64,000 nucleotides of DNA, taken from assembly GCA_050618075.1 (NCBI GenBank), contig JBNLVL010000013.1:2963-66962 (forward strand). Direction: 5' to 3'. The notes under the pieces are model-generated. The model was given only the letters and a program-made list of their open reading frames with translations. It was not told the DNA's origin and did not search any database. Below, in pieces: positions 61,014 through 64,000 of the stretch. The position numbers were made by a program, and so were the translations under genes. Numbering within the stretch: the first letter of the stretch is position 1; each line of letters begins with the position of its first letter. The DNA comes from Myxococcota bacterium (lineage in GTDB: Bacteria; Myxococcota_A; UBA9160; UBA4427).

Positions 61014-61049
61014 GACCTCGGGGTGGTCGACCTCGGGGTGGTCGACCTA
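61014..61049. repeat. 15-bp tandem repeat (GACCTCGGGGTGGTC), about 2.4 units
   Basis: Abuts the stop codon of the cohesin gene. Confidence 0.7.
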
Positions 61050-61568
61050 GGGAAGGACCTCGATGGAGAGCGGCTCGAGGTTCAGCTCGAACGTCTGCCC
61101 CTTGGCTCCCGCGAGCCCCGCGCTCGAGATCGTGACCGTCGCGGTCCCGGCCTGCAGGGGCACGATCCGCAGGTGGGCCAGTCGCACGGTACCCGTGACG
61201 GGCGTCGCGCCGTGGCGCAGGTCGACCACGCGCTCGAGGGTTCCGGCCAGGAAGTCGGAGACCGGCGACACGAAGAGCTGTCCGTCGTCGTCGAAGTCGG
61301 ACGTGCGCGCCTCGGCGATCCAGAGCGACGTGCTCGGCGTCGCCTGGAAGGCCAGCTCGAAGGCCTGGAGCGAGCCCTCGCTGACGTCTACCACCACGTC
61401 CACCTCGACCCAGGTGCCGATGCTCACCGTGGAGTCCGAAGGGTCGAAGTAGAGGCGTGCCTCGTGGGGCTCCTTGTTGCAGGCGCTGCCCGCGACGACC
61501 CCGGCCAGCACCGCGAACACGAGTCCGCGGAGGCGAGGCCAGACGCGCCCTTCGGGTGCCGCGCTCAT
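61047..61568 (-). CDS. cohesin-domain lipoprotein
   Basis: Lipobox GSAC; all-beta pattern LYFDP..VSIGTWVEVDVVV..LQAFELAF..GTVRLAHLRI..AGTATVTI typical of cohesins. Confidence 0.7.
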   Translation of the reverse strand: MSAAPEGRVWPRLRGLVFAVLAGVVAGSACNKEPHEARLYFDPSDSTVSIGTWVEVDVVVDVSEGSLQAFELAFQATPSTSLWIAEARTSDFDDDGQLFVSPVSDFLAGTLERVVDLRHGATPVTGTVRLAHLRIVPLQAGTATVTISSAGLAGAKGQTFELNLEPLSIEVLP

Positions 61569-63478
61569 TCCTGCACCACCGTCAGGGAGTCCTCGAGGAT
61601 CACCACCTGACCGTCGGGATTGCTGACGCGAACGTCGTAGACGCCGGGCAGGACGACGAAGACGTTGATCGTTCCGGTGAGCGTCGACTCCGAGACCCAG
61701 GTGACGTTCTGCACCGGGTCCCAGGTGGGGTGGCCGTCGAGCAGCAGGTCGACGTAGGGCGTCTCGAGGAAGCCCGTTCCCTCGATGCTGATGGCGGTCG
61801 TGTAGCCGCCCTGGGGATACACCGCGGGATTGGGCGTGACCTGACTGATCGTGGGCGCGGGGAACAGCCCCGTCACCTGCTGGCTGAGCGCGATGCGATC
61901 GCGCAGGTAGGCCTGGGCCAGGGGTCGGAAGACCGGCAGGGGCGATCCGTCGAAGCCCGCGATGGTGTCGAAGGTGAAGCTGCCGCCGGCGTTCATCACC
62001 CAGTTCTCGCTGGGCGTCACGCCGGTGGGGGTGACGTTGTGGTCGGCCCGGGCGCCGCTGGTTCCGCCGTAGAGGCCGGCCGGGGCCGGGCCGTGTGCGA
62101 CCAGCCCGACCAGGTGCCCGGTCTCGTGGGCGACGACCGTACCGATCACCGAGCCGAAGGCGGCAATGGCCGACTCGACCGCGTAGAAGCGCTGGATCTC
62201 CTCCGGGGTCGCGGTCCCCAGATCGAAGCCGGGGTCGAGCACCGTGGCGTCGAGAGGGCTCTCGCCGATGGGGATGCCGCCCTGGTCCGGGTCGATGGCG
62301 CCGAACGCGATCTGGAAGAAGGTGTTGCCCGCCCAGAGGTTGTCGAGGGCCGAGGGGAAGACGCCGAACTGGGTCCCGCCGCAGGTGTCCTCGTCCTTCA
62401 CCAGGTTCTCGGGATCGAGCGGCGCCGCTCCCAGGTACAGGGCGCCCAGCGACGACTGGCCTCCCACGCAGAGCCTCGCCCGCGTGCCCCCCGGATCGCT
62501 GGTCTCGAAGGCGATGTTCACCGGGTCGGGTCCGGGGCTTCCGTCGGCCTCGAGTCCGTAGAGGTCCCGCGCGCGAACGACGATGGCGTCGACCAGACGG
62601 TCGCGCACGAGGACCTCCAGCACCGGGTCCTGGGTGGAGCTGAGACCCATCTCGCGCAGGTCTTCGAGGAAGTCGGGGTCCGCCCCCAGGCTGCGGTCGG
62701 CCTCGAAGTCGAGGAAGACGGTCTGGAGGCTCGCGAACGGCGCACCCAGCCCGAAGTCGCGCACCGCGAATCCGTAGACGTCGGAGGCGCTGTTGCCGGC
62801 CACGTCGCTCACCGAGACGCTGAGCCAGTGCGAGGTGCGCGCGAGCTCGGCGCCGGGAGGGACCGAGTAGACGGCGTCCGTGGGCGTCACCGTGAAGAGC
62901 GAGGCCAGCTCGCCGCCGGCGGCGATGCCCCCGAGCTCCTGGGTGGAGGTGACCGAGAGGCTGCCCACGTCGACCAGGCTGCCGCCCAGGCTGTCCAGGG
63001 AGATCGTGATCTCGAAGCCCCCGGGCGGCGCCACCAGCAGATCGTTCTGGTCGTCGGGAATGTCGTTGAGGCTGACGAACAGCTCGGGCGCCACCGTGTC
63101 CGGGTCGCCTCCGGCGGTGCCGAAGATCGTGCCGAAGAGTCCGAGGTCGCGATGATCGATGCGGCCGTCGTCGTTGCCGTCCGCGGCGGGATCGTAGAGC
63201 GGGTCGCCGGTCTCGGCGCCGTACAGGGTCTGCAGCCAGGCCTCGTCGGCCGTGTCGACGACGCCATCCCCGTTCAGGTCACCGGGCAGGGGATCCGCGC
63301 TGGCGGAGGTGCCGACGAGGGCGAGCGCCAGGAGCCACGGGAGCAGCGCCCGAGTAGCATTCCGCCCCAGCCTCGCGCACGATCGGATCGAGCGCAGGGT
63401 GCTCGGGCGCGCCGTGGGGCGCCCGTCGGCGCGATTCCGCGACGCGGAACCCGGTCGAATGTGCGTGCGCTTCTGCAT
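61565..63478 (-). CDS. secreted dockerin-domain zinc metalloprotease with Ig and IPT/TIG-like domains
   Basis: Signal LLPWLLALALVGTSASA; GDLNGDGVVDTAD..DGNDDGRIDHRD; HETGHLVGLVAH; Met-turn WVMN; PTISQVTPN..YDVRVSNPDG. Start codon uncertain. Confidence 0.8.
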   Translation of the reverse strand: MQKRTHIRPGSASRNRADGRPTARPSTLRSIRSCARLGRNATRALLPWLLALALVGTSASADPLPGDLNGDGVVDTADEAWLQTLYGAETGDPLYDPAADGNDDGRIDHRDLGLFGTIFGTAGGDPDTVAPELFVSLNDIPDDQNDLLVAPPGGFEITISLDSLGGSLVDVGSLSVTSTQELGGIAAGGELASLFTVTPTDAVYSVPPGAELARTSHWLSVSVSDVAGNSASDVYGFAVRDFGLGAPFASLQTVFLDFEADRSLGADPDFLEDLREMGLSSTQDPVLEVLVRDRLVDAIVVRARDLYGLEADGSPGPDPVNIAFETSDPGGTRARLCVGGQSSLGALYLGAAPLDPENLVKDEDTCGGTQFGVFPSALDNLWAGNTFFQIAFGAIDPDQGGIPIGESPLDATVLDPGFDLGTATPEEIQRFYAVESAIAAFGSVIGTVVAHETGHLVGLVAHGPAPAGLYGGTSGARADHNVTPTGVTPSENWVMNAGGSFTFDTIAGFDGSPLPVFRPLAQAYLRDRIALSQQVTGLFPAPTISQVTPNPAVYPQGGYTTAISIEGTGFLETPYVDLLLDGHPTWDPVQNVTWVSESTLTGTINVFVVLPGVYDVRVSNPDGQVVILEDSLTVVQE

Positions 63479-63670
63479 CCACTTCTGCCTGATCTGCCCG
63501 ACCGGCGCAACATCTTCGAGCGCACCGGGCTGCGTCGCGGCGCAGCCCCTCTTGCGGCCTCGAGCCGGGTTGGACCTCTTCCGACCCCCTCCAGCTCCGA
63601 TGGGTTCGATTCTACCCAAGCGATGGACCGTTCGGTCGACCGAGTTCACCAACTGGTGGCGCCGCCAACG

Positions 63671-63701
63671 AAAAGGGGCGCCGGATCCCTCCGGCGCCCC
63701 T
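63671..63701 (-). terminator. rho-independent terminator after PEP-CTERM gene
   Basis: Minus strand AGGGGCGCCGGA-GGGA-TCCGGCGCCCC-TTTT. Confidence 0.85.
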
Positions 63702-63733
63702 CGAGACTCGATCGCGACGGCCGGGGCCTGCGG

Positions 63734-64000
63734 CTATCTCCGTCGGGAGCGCCCCGCCATGGCGAGCCCCGCCAGACCCGAACAGGCCAGCAGGGTCGTG
63801 CCGGGCTCCGGCACGAAGTTGATCTCCCAGGTGACCTCGCTGGACGGGTTGACGTTGAAGCCGACCGTGAAGTCGTCGTTCAGGAAGCTGTTGACGTTGG
63901 TGTTGTCCAGCGTGGGGACCGGATCGGAGATGAAGATCTGCAGGGTCGCCCCGGTTCCGATGCCGCCGGCCGCCGCCGCGAAGGTTCCGCCCACCACCTG
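63734..64000 (-). CDS. PEP-CTERM protein, 5'-truncated by window edge
   Basis: VPEPGTTLLACSGLAGLAMAGRSRRR. Confidence 0.88.
   Translation of the reverse strand, partial: QVVGGTFAAAAGGIGTGATLQIFISDPVPTLDNTNVNSFLNDDFTVGFNVNPSSEVTWEINFVPEPGTTLLACSGLAGLAMAGRSRRR

Noticed and set aside
61047..63478. True cellulosome
   Set aside because: Single cohesin, no multi-cohesin scaffoldin, CBM or glycoside hydrolase; the cargo is a protease.

Overview
Very GC-rich bacterial chromosomal window with about 50 CDSs. I found no rRNA, tRNA, CRISPR array or mobile element. Gene content (PEP-CTERM proteins, TPR-cNMP protein, F420-type LLM oxidoreductase, P450, Ser/Thr kinase) suggests a Gram-negative Myxococcota-like lineage; this is inference. 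Left end, minus strand: acyl-CoA carboxylase trio, membrane Ser/Thr kinase, FliA-like sigma lacking region 3, LOG protein, TPR/beta-barrel, ECF sigma and zinc anti-sigma, truncated secreted protein. Middle: lipid/steroid-type enzymes, hydrolases, an octaheme cytochrome-TPR lipoprotein, pepN, a degenerate NucS-like protein, Ap4A phosphorylase, CYTH and a SixA-Ppx fusion. Right end: surface proteins. Best candidates for new biology: (1) a translationally coupled dockerin-metalloprotease plus cohesin-lipoprotein pair; (2) a 1702-aa galactose oxidase/lectin/diheme peroxidase-like fusion with a Cys-containing C-terminal sorting signal; (3) an anti-sigma whose sensor domain resembles a subtilase prodomain; (4) a kinase/truncated sigma-28-like pair. 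Several genes appear leaderless, and short tandem repeats are common between genes. All calls come from reading motifs by eye; no database search was run.
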